In this document: positions 25,201-36,479 of the stretch, piece after piece
Position numbering within the stretch: position 1 is the stretch's first letter
Layout of the letters: each line of letters begins with the position of its first letter
Assembly (NCBI GenBank): GCA_964035545.1
Contig: OZ037773.1
Location: 5,361,751 to 5,425,750 of the forward strand
Source: Bugula neritina
Taxonomy: Eukaryota > Animalia > Bryozoa
DNA: 64,000 nucleotides
Reading direction: 5' to 3'
Made by a program: the position numbers and the translations under genes
Notes under the pieces: generated by a model
What the model was told of the DNA's origin: nothing
The model's database searches: none
The model's input: only the letters and a program-made list of their open reading frames with translations

Positions 25201-28200
25201 TACGATAGCTCTGAACATGCCACTTTGCCTCAGAGAGTCACATTCAAATACCTGGAGACTGCAATCCTCCAGGAGGATGGATGCAGGATAGAGGTACAAG
25301 TTCACATTTGCAGAGCCTGGCATATATGGAGGGAGCTAACCGGGGGTTTTATGTGACAAGAAAGTCTCAAAGAAACTAAAGGTGCTTATTTACAAGACAA
25401 TAATATGACCAGTGCAACTGTATGCAGGTGAAACATGGCAACTGATGAAAATGTTGTGTTACTGCCTAAAAATTAGTCTTGAAAAGTACAAATCCAACGA
25501 AAGCATGAGGCAAGAAGCGAGTATCACAAATTTGTTAGAACTGATGAAAAGAAGGTTGCAGTGGTTTGGATATGTATGCAGAAGAGAAAATGAAGATGGC
25601 ATCAGCAATCAGGAAAGATCTCCAATCCTGTTCCATCAATGAAAAAGACGTTCAGGACAGAGTTAAGTGGAGAAGCCTAATTGACCTAGGTCTTCGGCAG
25701 GCAGCCACCCACTACCCGAACAGGACAAAGCGGAGATAGATGATAATTTTTTGTTTATATTTTATATGAAATGTCATATTTGTCTAAGTAAGGATGTTCA
25801 ATGCCTGTTGTAACTAGAACATTAAGTTGTTGCAAACTTCAGTTTTATAGTCCAATACAGAAAATAATCTAGATCCTAATATGTAATATTAAGGAACGAT
25901 GAATGTGGGTTAGTCATAAATAATAGATATCTGAAATATTTTACCTGAATGTTCCATGTATTCAAAATTGTTTCTGCTCAAATTTAATGCTATATCTACT
26001 AAATCTATTGGGAGATGAGCTCAGAAAGGTGAAAAGTAGTGTAACTAAACTTAGAAAAGCAAACTTACCTTTTAAAATGTCTTTCATTCTGCTATACTGA
26101 TCACATTTACTGGAAATCAGCTAGAAATAAGAAAGGATATATCTCAGCAGAGAAGATGTGGCTCTGAAGTTGTCTCCAAAAAGATGTGCTTGATTAGCCA
26201 TATAACTTTTGTAGTTGCCATTTATTATTAATATTGTTTAATTAAAATTATTCATATCTAATTTTGGTCTCAGTAAGAAGCTTATGATTAATTGTTCAAC
26301 CAATTGTTTCATTTTTAACATCTAATTGTACTGCAAGATGAAAAGTATAAAGTGACCTACTAATTAAGCTATATTTCTATTTACATTCACCCAGCATAGC
26401 CTATGGCCCAAACAATAAATTTTATATCAATCTGATTTTAAGGGTACATGGGATCTGTTGGTAGCTTTTTCACTTGACTAATATTTTGTTATTTTTATGC
26501 TGTAAAAAACTGTTAATGGGTTTTGCAATTGTACCATCATGTTTATGCTTTGCGAAACAATTTCTATAGTGCACTAATGTGTGAATTCTATATTTAAATG
26601 CTTATTTCATTTACTAAAGACATTTCAATAATAATCGAAATCACTGCTTATTGTCAATGTTTAAAAACAAAACAATATTTTAACAATGCAAACAGGTAGC
26701 ACCACAAACCATTAGGAAAAAAGCACAGCTACACTTTAAAATATCTTAATAACTGTATGTATGTAAACCAAAAAACATAAGAAGTGCAAGTTTCGATCGG
26801 GTAGAACACACCATTTCAAAAATTCCAAAATAATTAATGGATAACTTCTCGCACACATTATGCAGCAAGAGTAACATTGAAATCATTTACAGCTGTGTGC
26901 AAAACATATGGAGTGTAAATAAAGGCTGCAATAAGTATTTCAAACCAACAATAGACCATGTAAATTTGGTATATTTACTACCTTGTATTCATTCTAGAAT
27001 ACTCACCATTATAACTTATATAAACTTCTGCAAGCTCAAATGCAAAATGTGTATTTTTAAAAAATAGCTGTGCAACTTTTATTACATGCATTATTTTATT
27101 TCATATCTTAAATTTATAAATCATGAGTTCTTTTTTCAAAATCTTTATTTGCACTTTTTAAGCACTTGAATTAAACATTTTGAAAAAGGAACTCATGATT
27201 TATAAATTTAAGATATGAAATAAAATAATGCATGTAATAAAAGTTGCACAGCTATTTTCTAGAAGTACGTATTTTGCATTTGAATTTGCAGAAGTTTATA
27301 TAAGTTATAATGGTGAGTATTTTAGAATTAGTACAAGGCAATAAATGTACCAAATTTACATGGTCTATTAAGTTGCACTATTATGCAAATTTATTAAACA
27401 TTAAAAAGTTGCAATAGCTTTTTTGCCAGTAAAATAAAGATGAGTTAAGCAAAAAGGATGAGCCCTACGAGAATTCGTATGTACATGCATAACGAGCCAT
27501 TTTCAGTTATCAGCATTTGAATATACTAAAAATACTAATGTTAATTATACAATGTAATAAAAGTATACTTTCCTAAAGAATAACATGTTTGCTTTGTAGT
27601 TTTATCTATATATGTAAAAGTTCAGCTGGTAAATAATTGCGTGTATCCCGAAAGAAAATTATATTATGCATTGGTCGTATTTTTATATTGGGCAACTTTT
27701 AAAGATTCAGAAACTGCTTTATGTTAAAAGATGCGGAGTCAGTCATCATCGAGTTTTTTGTACATGTAATAAAACCGGTGGAGCTTGTTGAACACTACCA
27801 AACCGCGTCACATGGATTTTTTTGCTGTATCTTCTTATAAAAATTCCTACATAAATCATGATTGAAACCATTGAATTTGGGCTTGAAAACATAAGCCATA
27901 TTTTAAGATTGTAGTTTCAGTTTTCATGTAGTATTGCGATGCGTCTCTATTCTCTAAAGTATGTCGTCAGGTGAAACTGAATTTGAGAAGAAAAATACTC
28001 TTTGTTTTCTTTTGTTACTGCCTGTTTTGTCGTTGATATTCTGAATGAATCCATTTTTGTAATAATTAAAGGGTTTCATATAAATGCGCTAGCCAGTAAT
28101 TCATGCAACTTTCAACTATATTTATTGTATGGTAAGTATATCAACCTTTAGACCGATTTGTGTTTTGATTAATTTATCGTCATCGAAAAACATAACCTTG

Positions 28201-29659
28201 AAACTGCATTTATGGTATCATAAGTATATCATCATTTATCAACTTTAACTTGTATTTATCCCATCGTAATTATATTATCTCAAAACTCAGCTTATTAATT
28301 GGTCTGTAGAATGTAGAGTTGGGCTCATATGATGGAATTCTAGTTTGGAAAATTAATGATTATAAACGGAGAAAGAGTGATGCAGTCAGGGGAAGACAGA
28401 TGTCCATTTACAGCCACCCCTTCTATACGTCTCGCCATGGCTACAAGATGTGCTGTCGTGTGAGTATATTGTTTATTTGAAAGCAATTCCAATCAGTGGT
28501 TAGGTGTGCTCGATTTTCGCGAAGAATTTTATCGCAAATAACTTCATCGCAAAGAGCTTTATCGCAAGGAACTTCAACGCGGGCTATAATGGTTGTAAAT
28601 GTATTGGCTAATTTGGTTAATGTGTTACCATATGTAAAACACTCTCGCGTATGAATTGGGCTGCAAATGTTACTATTATTATAATAATAGAATACTCAGG
28701 TCATATTGTAATGAATGCACATTTAGTATCCTTAAAGAGTTCGATAGAAAGTTTAACTTATAATCAAAACCAAAAGACAAAGTGTGCCAGAAATAAAATG
28801 TGTCACTCAAATTTAGTTTCTTACCTACTGTGCATACAGTGGATTTGGTTACCAGTTTGTGGGGTGAAAATAAACTGAATGACCATTTCTGGAGTAGAAT
28901 ATGATTCTGGTCTTCATGTGCAAAATGGGCTGCTATTGACTTCATTTGAAAAAGTTTTACAACAATTTTTAAATTTTATAAGTAAGCAACTTCAAAGAGT
29001 TAATTCTTGCGTGTAATAACTATATTAATATAATGCTCAGCTCTATATATGAAAGACAGAGATTCTTGAGCCCTTGCATTCTGCTCTCATGTTATTATTC
29101 TCAGTTGAAATGTACTATTTGTGAAGAGAATTCTTATACATCTTTTTCCATACATTACCAAGGTACCATGTTGAGCTGTTTAAAATTGTGCACTTGTGAG
29201 GTATGCTGTATATCAACGTTTTGTTTTTAATTAGGCGTATCTAAATGGAGATGGATTGGGCAGAGCAAAGTGCCTGAGTCTGTTCTTTGTTTTGATGAGG
29301 GGAGAATATGATGAGCTGCTCCATTTCCCTTTCAAACAGCGAGTCACTTTCAGTCTATTGTGTCCGTCGAACCCCTCTCTGAGCAAGCACGAGACCTTTC
29401 TGGTGAGTTTAGTCATTTCTCAGTTAGATCTCTACAAAGTATGTCATGAATCCTCACAGTTTATATATTGTTATATACAATGTACTTTCAGCCTGATCCA
29501 GACAGCTCATCCTTCAGACGGCCTCAGACTGAAATGAATATTGCCAGTGGTTGTCCCCAGTTTGCTCTTCATGCTGATGTTGAGTCAAGTAATTTTCTTA
29601 TCAATGATTGTATATATGTTCGGGTTCGGGTTGAACCTGGTGGTGATGTCATCGCCTAA
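13255..29659 (+). CDS. TRAF3-like: TNF receptor-associated factor, TRAF2/3/5 type (TRAF-A), ~557 aa. Exons: 13255-13313, 13565-13705, 14000-14237, 14764-14925, 15168-15242, 15489-15686, 16276-16326, 16792-16972, 17604-17686, 28310-28459, 29235-29402, 29492-29659
   Basis: 12 GT-AG exons total 1674 nt in one frame. RING-like CAIC..PHQTPCGNRVCKKC..CP, five TRAF-type zinc fingers, heptad coiled coil, MATH domain SYDGILVWKI..YSHPFYTSRHGYKMCCRAYLNGDG..LSLFFVLMRGEYD..FPFKQRVTF..PDPDSSSFRRPQTEMNIASGCPQF, which is close to TRAF3/TRAF2 as remembered. Exact orthology needs a tree. Confidence 0.95.
16670..16815 (+). repeat. Triplicated 3' splice site plus start of TRAF-A exon 8
   Basis: CTGTAG|AAAGTGACAGCTGAAATAG(C/T)CATG begins at 16695, 16746 and 16792. 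Confidence 0.92.
17740..17990 (+). promoter_or_regulatory. Intronic CpG-rich promoter-like island: ISRE, CCAAT, ETS, YY1-like ATG
   Basis: GAAATCGAAACT 17753-17764; AGCCAAT ~17814; ATTTCCGGC ~17935; AACATGGCGG 17962-17971. Confidence 0.5.
18758..21626. mobile_element. ISL2EU/Harbinger-related foldback element, ~890-bp inverted arms (18758-~19646 and ~20738-21626), decayed transposase fragment inside
   Basis: AT|AGAGGGGTTTCAGACATCCC ... GGGATGTCTGAAACCCCTCT|AT; the ORF track shows the same 63-aa ORF on opposite strands; spacer ORF 19703-19960(-) RFGLSNRQVSQIFNQTVKLLREALNPMIVF..IPPQ resembles the HTH region of Harbinger/ISL2EU transposases. Confidence 0.85.
22540..22610. repeat. 33-bp direct duplication
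   Basis: GATCTGAGTAGCATTTGCACATGGCCTATTTCC twice in tandem. Confidence 0.9.
22700..23285. repeat. 23-bp minisatellite (AACTCTATACTCAGTTACTCTGT) grading into a longer composite unit
   Basis: Direct reading; explains ORF 23059-23295. Confidence 0.95.
25030..25745 (+). mobile_element. 5'-truncated, frameshifted RTE-clade LINE (reverse transcriptase C-terminal part)
   Basis: PWSMMFADDLVL, GLKVSRSKTEY, FKYL, AW..WRELTGVLCDKKV..KLK..IYKT, LY..ETW, RRLQWFG.V.RR across frames. Confidence 0.9.
26780..26940 (+). mobile_element. Possible decayed Penelope-like retroelement fragment
   Basis: NTPFQK...SKSNIEIIYSCVQNIWSVNKGCNK resembles the NPPFSK...NRNTVKVSYSCMPN....I..HNK segment I recall from Penelope-like elements; short and degenerate. 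Confidence 0.3.
26953..27366. mobile_element. Palindromic MITE (~190-bp arms, ~35-bp loop), AT TSD, ISL2EU-like ends
   Basis: AT|AGACCATGTAAATTTGGT ... ACCAAATTTACATGGTCT|AT; arms align by eye through to ~27142 / ~27177. Confidence 0.9.
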
Positions 29660-32246
29660 GGAGGCGGGGTGGGGGAGCCTGACCGGGTGCAAAATAAGTC
29701 CCCCAAATGACGTGATGCTGGGTAAACTGATTGAGTATGACTTTTATAATAAACTGATTAGCATTGAAAATATCATTTCTCATGTCATTTTCATAACAAT
29801 AGCTCTCCAATATTTATATTCAGTTAATGCCGAAATTTATATTTTAATGAGTAAATATGTTGTTTGTTATAAAGCTTCTAAAGTTCTCTTTATAAAAAAT
29901 ATATTATATATACTATTATATTGAGAATTTCAGGGGTTTTTTAAATAAAAATCAACATGTTTACTGATTAAAATTTGAGGATAAGTTAGGATTTAGCATA
30001 TTAAACATTTTAAACTATATACAAATTCTACTGTCAATAAGTGTAATATGCATAACCTCAGTATTTGAAAGAAAATTATTGTCTATCGAAAATTATTTTC
30101 CTGAATCTGAAACATACACTTGATAATACTCAATCTGTTTACCTGCGTTTACTGATGGCAGTGCAGTCCGGTTTACCTGCTCCTCTCCACCCCGCTGACA
30201 TAGTCCGATACGTCAGCAGCAACTGTTTTGTTGCCATGCTATCAGGACTTTCCTTAGGCTGTAGTGTGCAGTGGTACAAAGAGAGAAATTGCTGTGAATA
30301 TTTACTTTGTTCATCACTAGCTGTATGTTAGACTGCTTCTGTATTATTACTCATTTATGGTTACTTTTGATTTTGAAATTTATAAAATTACTAATATATT
30401 CAAATAATGCTGCAATGTCTGACAATATTCTGACGTATCATTATATCATAATAAGGTAGACTATAAGCTGGTAATCTGCCATATTTAGTGTTTATGTTTT
30501 GTTGTGCTCATTGTTTTAATCTTACTGTCAGGAAAAAATTATATAAAAACAACAGAACTTTTTTCTAGTTGGCAGAGTTATTCATCATATTCAGATTACT
30601 AACAAGTTCATGTGGGATTGGTATTATTATGTAACATTTTCATGTAGGATTGGTGTTAGATAACTCCCATACTATGATATTTTTATTAATTTAAATTATT
30701 TACTTTTTGTTTTACACTTTAGTACTGAGTGCTTGCAGACAAGCTTATAATTAGTGCTTACCGTAATTCATATTTGTATAATGTTGTCAAATCAAGTCTG
30801 GTGTTCTCAGAGATATGTTTGCTTCAATATTACTGATTTGTATTTGTATTTGATTTGTTTGGAATATATAGCCTCAAACCGTGCTGTGTATTTATAAGGC
30901 TTATTACAATATTCTGTATATTATAACGTATTGTTTTTTTTTTTCATGTTTAGTTTATATTTGTTTATGCTGTTTTCCTAATTTCTCTCTTTTTCATCGT
31001 TGGGCTATCATAACTTCTATTAAAAAAGCAGTCTTTGAGTAAGACCTCCCTTTTTATTCTCACTAAAAGCTAACAATTTTGTTACTGCCGTGCTGGGGTT
31101 TATTCATTGGTTTAGTCAACCCTAGCCACTAACTACTCGGTGTCTTTGTAAGTGAGTGTCACCACAGACCTAGCTGGTGGCACTCTCTTGATGTTGACCA
31201 GAGCTACTGTGGAACCTCTTATGATTATTTCCTGAAGTATAATGGCGCCATCTTATTTCTTGTTAGAAAAAATTAAGATTGAGTTTCAAGTTGAATTGGG
31301 ACGAAAGAATTGTTTTTTAGTTTGAGAATATGAAGATTGGTTTCAGAAAACAATAAACAATTTTGTCTCTTTTTTAGTTATGATAGCCCATTGAATGAAG
31401 CTACTGCACACTTTATTGACAATGTGAAATTTTTCATCTTAGGTGTTGGTAACCGGTCTTCAATTTTAAATTAATAATTGAGGCTGGTTGAGGAGTTTAT
31501 GGTGACCAGTACAGCCTGCTAACCCTTTTGTGTTTTTTATTTCACTAACTTCTTTAGTTGTTTTGATACATGCTTTTGAATTTTATCTTTAAATTGCTTT
31601 ATCCAAAATAAATACTTATATAATGCTACAATACTCAAATATTTCAAAATCTGTAATGGTCTCTCTTTACTAAGGATAACTGCTTTTACCAATTGTCCTC
31701 TTCATAACCTACATTAAGAAGCGTTCTGGTGGTTAGTCTGCATGTTGTCTGGAGAAAGCTCTCTTCTGTTACTTTCTGTCCAGACTCTGCAAATGAGAGC
31801 CAAAATGGGGCTGGTAGTAGGCATAGCGTAGAATGATCTCTACTTGTCCAGCATTGTTAACAGAAAAGTGGAAGGGCTGTAATAGCTGTTGCTATTTTAC
31901 TTTTCCTAGAGAAATAAATGAACTGAATCAAATAAAACATTGCTTTGCATATGCATCTCTCTCTAAATGAAGCTAAAGAACAGCAAAAACCAACAATAGT
32001 GAGGAGACCTAATTTGATACACAATAATAAAGCACAGCAAGCTGTTGCATTGCTCCAACATTTTCAAAGCAAATATTTCTTTATGTTGGACCCAAATTCA
32101 CACTTGAATAACGGGGAAAACTGTATGCTGATTGCTGCATATAACTTATAGCAAGCTAGCTTAGTTATATTTAGTGCGACACTCTCACATGATTTAGGTC
32201 TGTTGTTTAAGGTTTGACCTGCTTGTTCGTAATAGTATGCTTTGCA

Positions 32247-32330
32247 TTATTTGAATGGACTTTTCATTCAATATTTGGACACAATTGCATCAAATGAAAT
32301 TGCAACCATAAGTTGATGCAAACTGCAACC
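32247..32330. repeat. Short dispersed repeat; related copies at ~34042-34127 (inverted), ~57510-57570, ~60408-60478
   Basis: Shared TTTG.AACA.TTGCATC.AATGAA...CAACCATAAGTT.ATG.AAA.TGCAACC motif. Confidence 0.6.
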
Positions 32331-35114
32331 TCAAATCCATCTTTACAGATCCATTCGAAGCAATGGGAACACAGTGGAGGATAAAATGTTGCTACTATAA
32401 TCATCATTGTGGTGTCTATCAGAAATGCTATCTAATTTCTTTAGTAACACAGGACTGGATTGGATCATTACAGGTCTTCTGTAGCCTACTCTAAAATGAA
32501 GCCATTTTAAGTATTTATTTACAGCATAATAATTAAACAACAACGGTAGAAGAAAATCAAACCGTGCAGTAGTTTATATTTAAAAATTTATATGTATTAG
32601 CATGAAAATATCGGGAAAATCTTGTCCATGCAATCATTGCTCACAAATATGTATGTACAGAATTTTGTCATCGGCAAAGCTAACAAACATACAGCTAGTT
32701 CTATCATTATTTGCCTACACTGTAAAATAATCTATTTATAGCCAGCAAGCTAAGAAATCTAACATTAGAGACGTAAATGTTTGAAAAACCAGGGTTATCT
32801 TTTTGACACCATTTGCTCCTTCTGTAAAACAATTGTATAATGTTGGTCATATAACTTGCGGTATAAAAAATTCGAAATCCAAATTTGCCAAATTGCTAGG
32901 ATATTTTATATAATGTAATTAAGCTATAACAATTCTTTGTATCTGGTTTCATGCTAAAACTAGCTATAGTGGTTGAATATATGCTGAACAGAGTAAGTAT
33001 AATCACTATTCTGTGTTAGTGTGTTTTTGTAGCTGGCTGCATTCCAAATAAAAAGCCTTAATTTTCTTTTTCACAACCTATTGTACAGGTTCAATTTTTA
33101 TGCAAACGAGCAAGTGTTACGGTTTACAAGCCAACAGCTTTTTAATTATATTCATTTTGCAGTTTTCGTTTGGTCTACGCGTTACATGTGAATCGTGAAC
33201 ATGCAATTTAGCTTTTCTCTATGAAAAATATAATTATATTATGAACATCTTATGAACATAGAATACAAATTTATTGTTATTTTCCATAGCTTCATATAAT
33301 ACACATAACCTTGAAGTACCATTAACTTTACATGCACATATCCTACTCATTTATTATCAAAGTTTGTTAAAATGGTCAGGGGGTTAGTCTATTTATAAAT
33401 TAGTTGACAAGACTATTAGAATTTTGAAAGCTTGGCTTATACATATTTACTCAACTTTTTCTTCAAATTATAATCATTATATTTCAAAAACAAAAATACA
33501 ATTTGCCATTGACCCTTTTACATCTATAATGGCAGTCAAAAGCGTTTAAAATTGCAATTTAATATTCTTATAGATTTCAAATGTGTGGGTGGGAGACAAA
33601 ACATAATTATGACATTTCAAAATGTCTCTGAAATCTATATCCAATTTGATGCACCTGATAAAGTTGAAGATATGTAGGTATGATCAAATTCCAGATGCCT
33701 CCCTAATTTAGTATAAGGACAGATATTAATGCACTGTACTACTATGATGCAATACCTTCTATTATATAGAATGTATTGCATTTCGGTGGCAGGTGCTGTA
33801 TGAGGGTATCCTAGAATGTGTCTTCATTTTCCCGTCGCTTGTCATAATATAGATAAACAGTATTTGGTTGCAGGGTAATGGAGAGTAAGTAGTACTTGTA
33901 ATATAGTGTGAAGGAAGGTCACTATACATCATAATAATCTATCTTGATAACAGTTATGGCAACAGTTAAATACTGTTGAAATTCATTGCATTTCCATGGC
34001 TTCACATTATCTCAATGTATGCTCTTATAACTAATTTGTGCTGGTTGCAATTTACATGAACTAATGACTGCAATGGTTTGAATCGATGCAGTTTCCAAAC
34101 ATCAAATAAAAAAATCCATCCACATAAACTATTGAAGCTTTGAAAATAGTAATCTTCATATTCCTTTTAACAGCTACATTAGTATAAGCAGTAATGTTAT
34201 CTGTTAAAACAACATGAGTATTTACATTTTATTGGATGTGTTTCATTAACATTTTTGTAACGTTGCTCATGGGAAATTATACGTTGTAAACATGTTTCCT
34301 CATTACTCAAGAGTGATCACGTATGCATTGAACAGCGCTTTAAATTAAGTTAATATAGCCACGCACCTTTCAACAAGGAAACATATTTCAACTTGTTGGA
34401 GCAAAATTTGGTTCACTTCTATTACCGATATCAAATTAAGTTGCAAAATAACTTTAAGGAAAATATGTTATATGTGTAAAGCTAAAAAGATTCTTGACAT
34501 ATTTTGCATGTTTATTCAAATTCACAACTAAATTAAATCACAAAGTTGATGAAATAGAAAATACACAAGGTTTCTGCTGGTCAGATTTCTTACATTTGAA
34601 TATAAAAACCGAAAAAACAGGTTTGTGTTTGGTTTTTGTTGACACAACACTGTGATCTATATATGCAGGTCTAATATGATAATATTATATTATATGTACC
34701 CACTATATATACACTATCTTCAGGTTATAATAATATATATAATTATATTATATATATCCACTGATATTATATTATTATATATATATTATATACTATATAT
34801 CCACTTTATATAATATTTTCAGCTTACAATAATATATAATTATTCTATACAGCTAGTTAGTTAGTTAGGTGGTATATCATATTTATAATTTTCCTGCAGC
34901 GTACACTTAATGAATGGTAGTGATGATGCTATTATACATATCTTCCAAAGGCAGAATGGGCGTGATGTTTAGAACTTTGCATTTCTATTTTTCTTCATGT
35001 TTTCACTTTTCACTTTATTTTGGTTGTTGACCCACAAAAATCAGCATATTCTGTGTGTAGACTACGATATATAAATAAATATTTATATTTTTATTAGCTG
35101 AATATTTTATTTGT

Positions 35115-35400
35115 CTACATTGTTGGTAGGTGAATGGTTTAATTGACAGTTTATTAACCTACATTGTTGGTAGGTGAATGGTTTATTTGCCAGTTTATTA
35201 ACCTACATTGTTGGTAGGTGAATGGTTTAATTGCCAGTTCATTAACCTACATTGTTGGTAGGTGAATGGTTTAATTGTCAGTTTATTTACCTACATATTT
35301 AGTAGGATAATATTCTGTAATTGCTAGTTCATCTACCTACATTTTTACTAAGGGACTATTTTAGTTGTTGGTTTATTTACCTACATCTTCAGTAGGTGAA
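35115..35400. repeat. 44-bp minisatellite ending at the TRAF-B start exon
   Basis: CCTACATTGTTGGTAGGTGAATGGTTTAATTGCCAGTTTATTAA x4 plus ~3 degenerate units. Confidence 0.9.
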
Positions 35401-35414
35401 GCTCCTTTAGTGGG

Positions 35415-36362
35415 ATGGCTGCTAGATCCGGGCTCACATTAAAGCCAGAAGAGCAGAAAGAAGGAGGTGGATCCAACAGCTACTGCACTTTGAATATCAT
35501 CAAAACCAAGTATGATATTCCTAATTTCAACCTTTTATAAAAACATTTTATTATGTTTGTATAGTTATATTTATAATAAATAGCGTGCATACTTGATAAG
35601 ACGCTTACGTAAACACACACACACACACGCATATTTGTGTGCGTGTGTGTGTGTGTGTGTGTGTATATGTATAGATTATATACATATATATGCATATATA
35701 TGCAGTTGAAGCACACTGGCCATATAATAAACTGAAAAGTGGAGTAACTCCAATACACCACATCTAATCTATCATATATAGAACTTTTTATATTCATCAT
35801 TATTACTATTTGTAATTTCCAGGCACATTTTAGAGCCTGCAAGTCGGCCGACCTTTATAAACGCTGGTAAACTGAAGAGAAATTTTGCCTGTGGGATATG
35901 CAATGATGTAGTTTATAAACCACAGACTACAGTTTGCGGCTCCAAGTAATTTTTCCCTCGCTTTTATCATGCTTAGCAACTTTATTGCATTTCTACTTTA
36001 TAATATATAAGTTATATTTACTTTCATATCCCTAGCCTAAACTTATCATATGATGTATTGGCTTGTATATAACCCTAAATCATTATAATTTACAAAGAAT
36101 TTAAGTACTAATTACAAAGTTGTGGTTTAGAAACACATAATTCATCTCAATGCTCTTATAGGATGCACCATGCTAGGGTAATTAAAGCATAAATTTACTT
36201 TTTTTCAACAATGCGATATTGCACTTTTTACAGTATTTACCATAGCTAGTAGGTTCAATGTCTTTTATTATTAAACTGCATTAAAAAATTTGTTCCTTCA
36301 ATATTTGTTAAATTTGTACAGTTGAAGATTTTATTCTTATTGATTGATTAATTGATTGATTA

Positions 36363-36437
<75 letters not shown>

Positions 36438-36442
36438 ATTTG

Positions 36443-36479
<37 letters not shown>

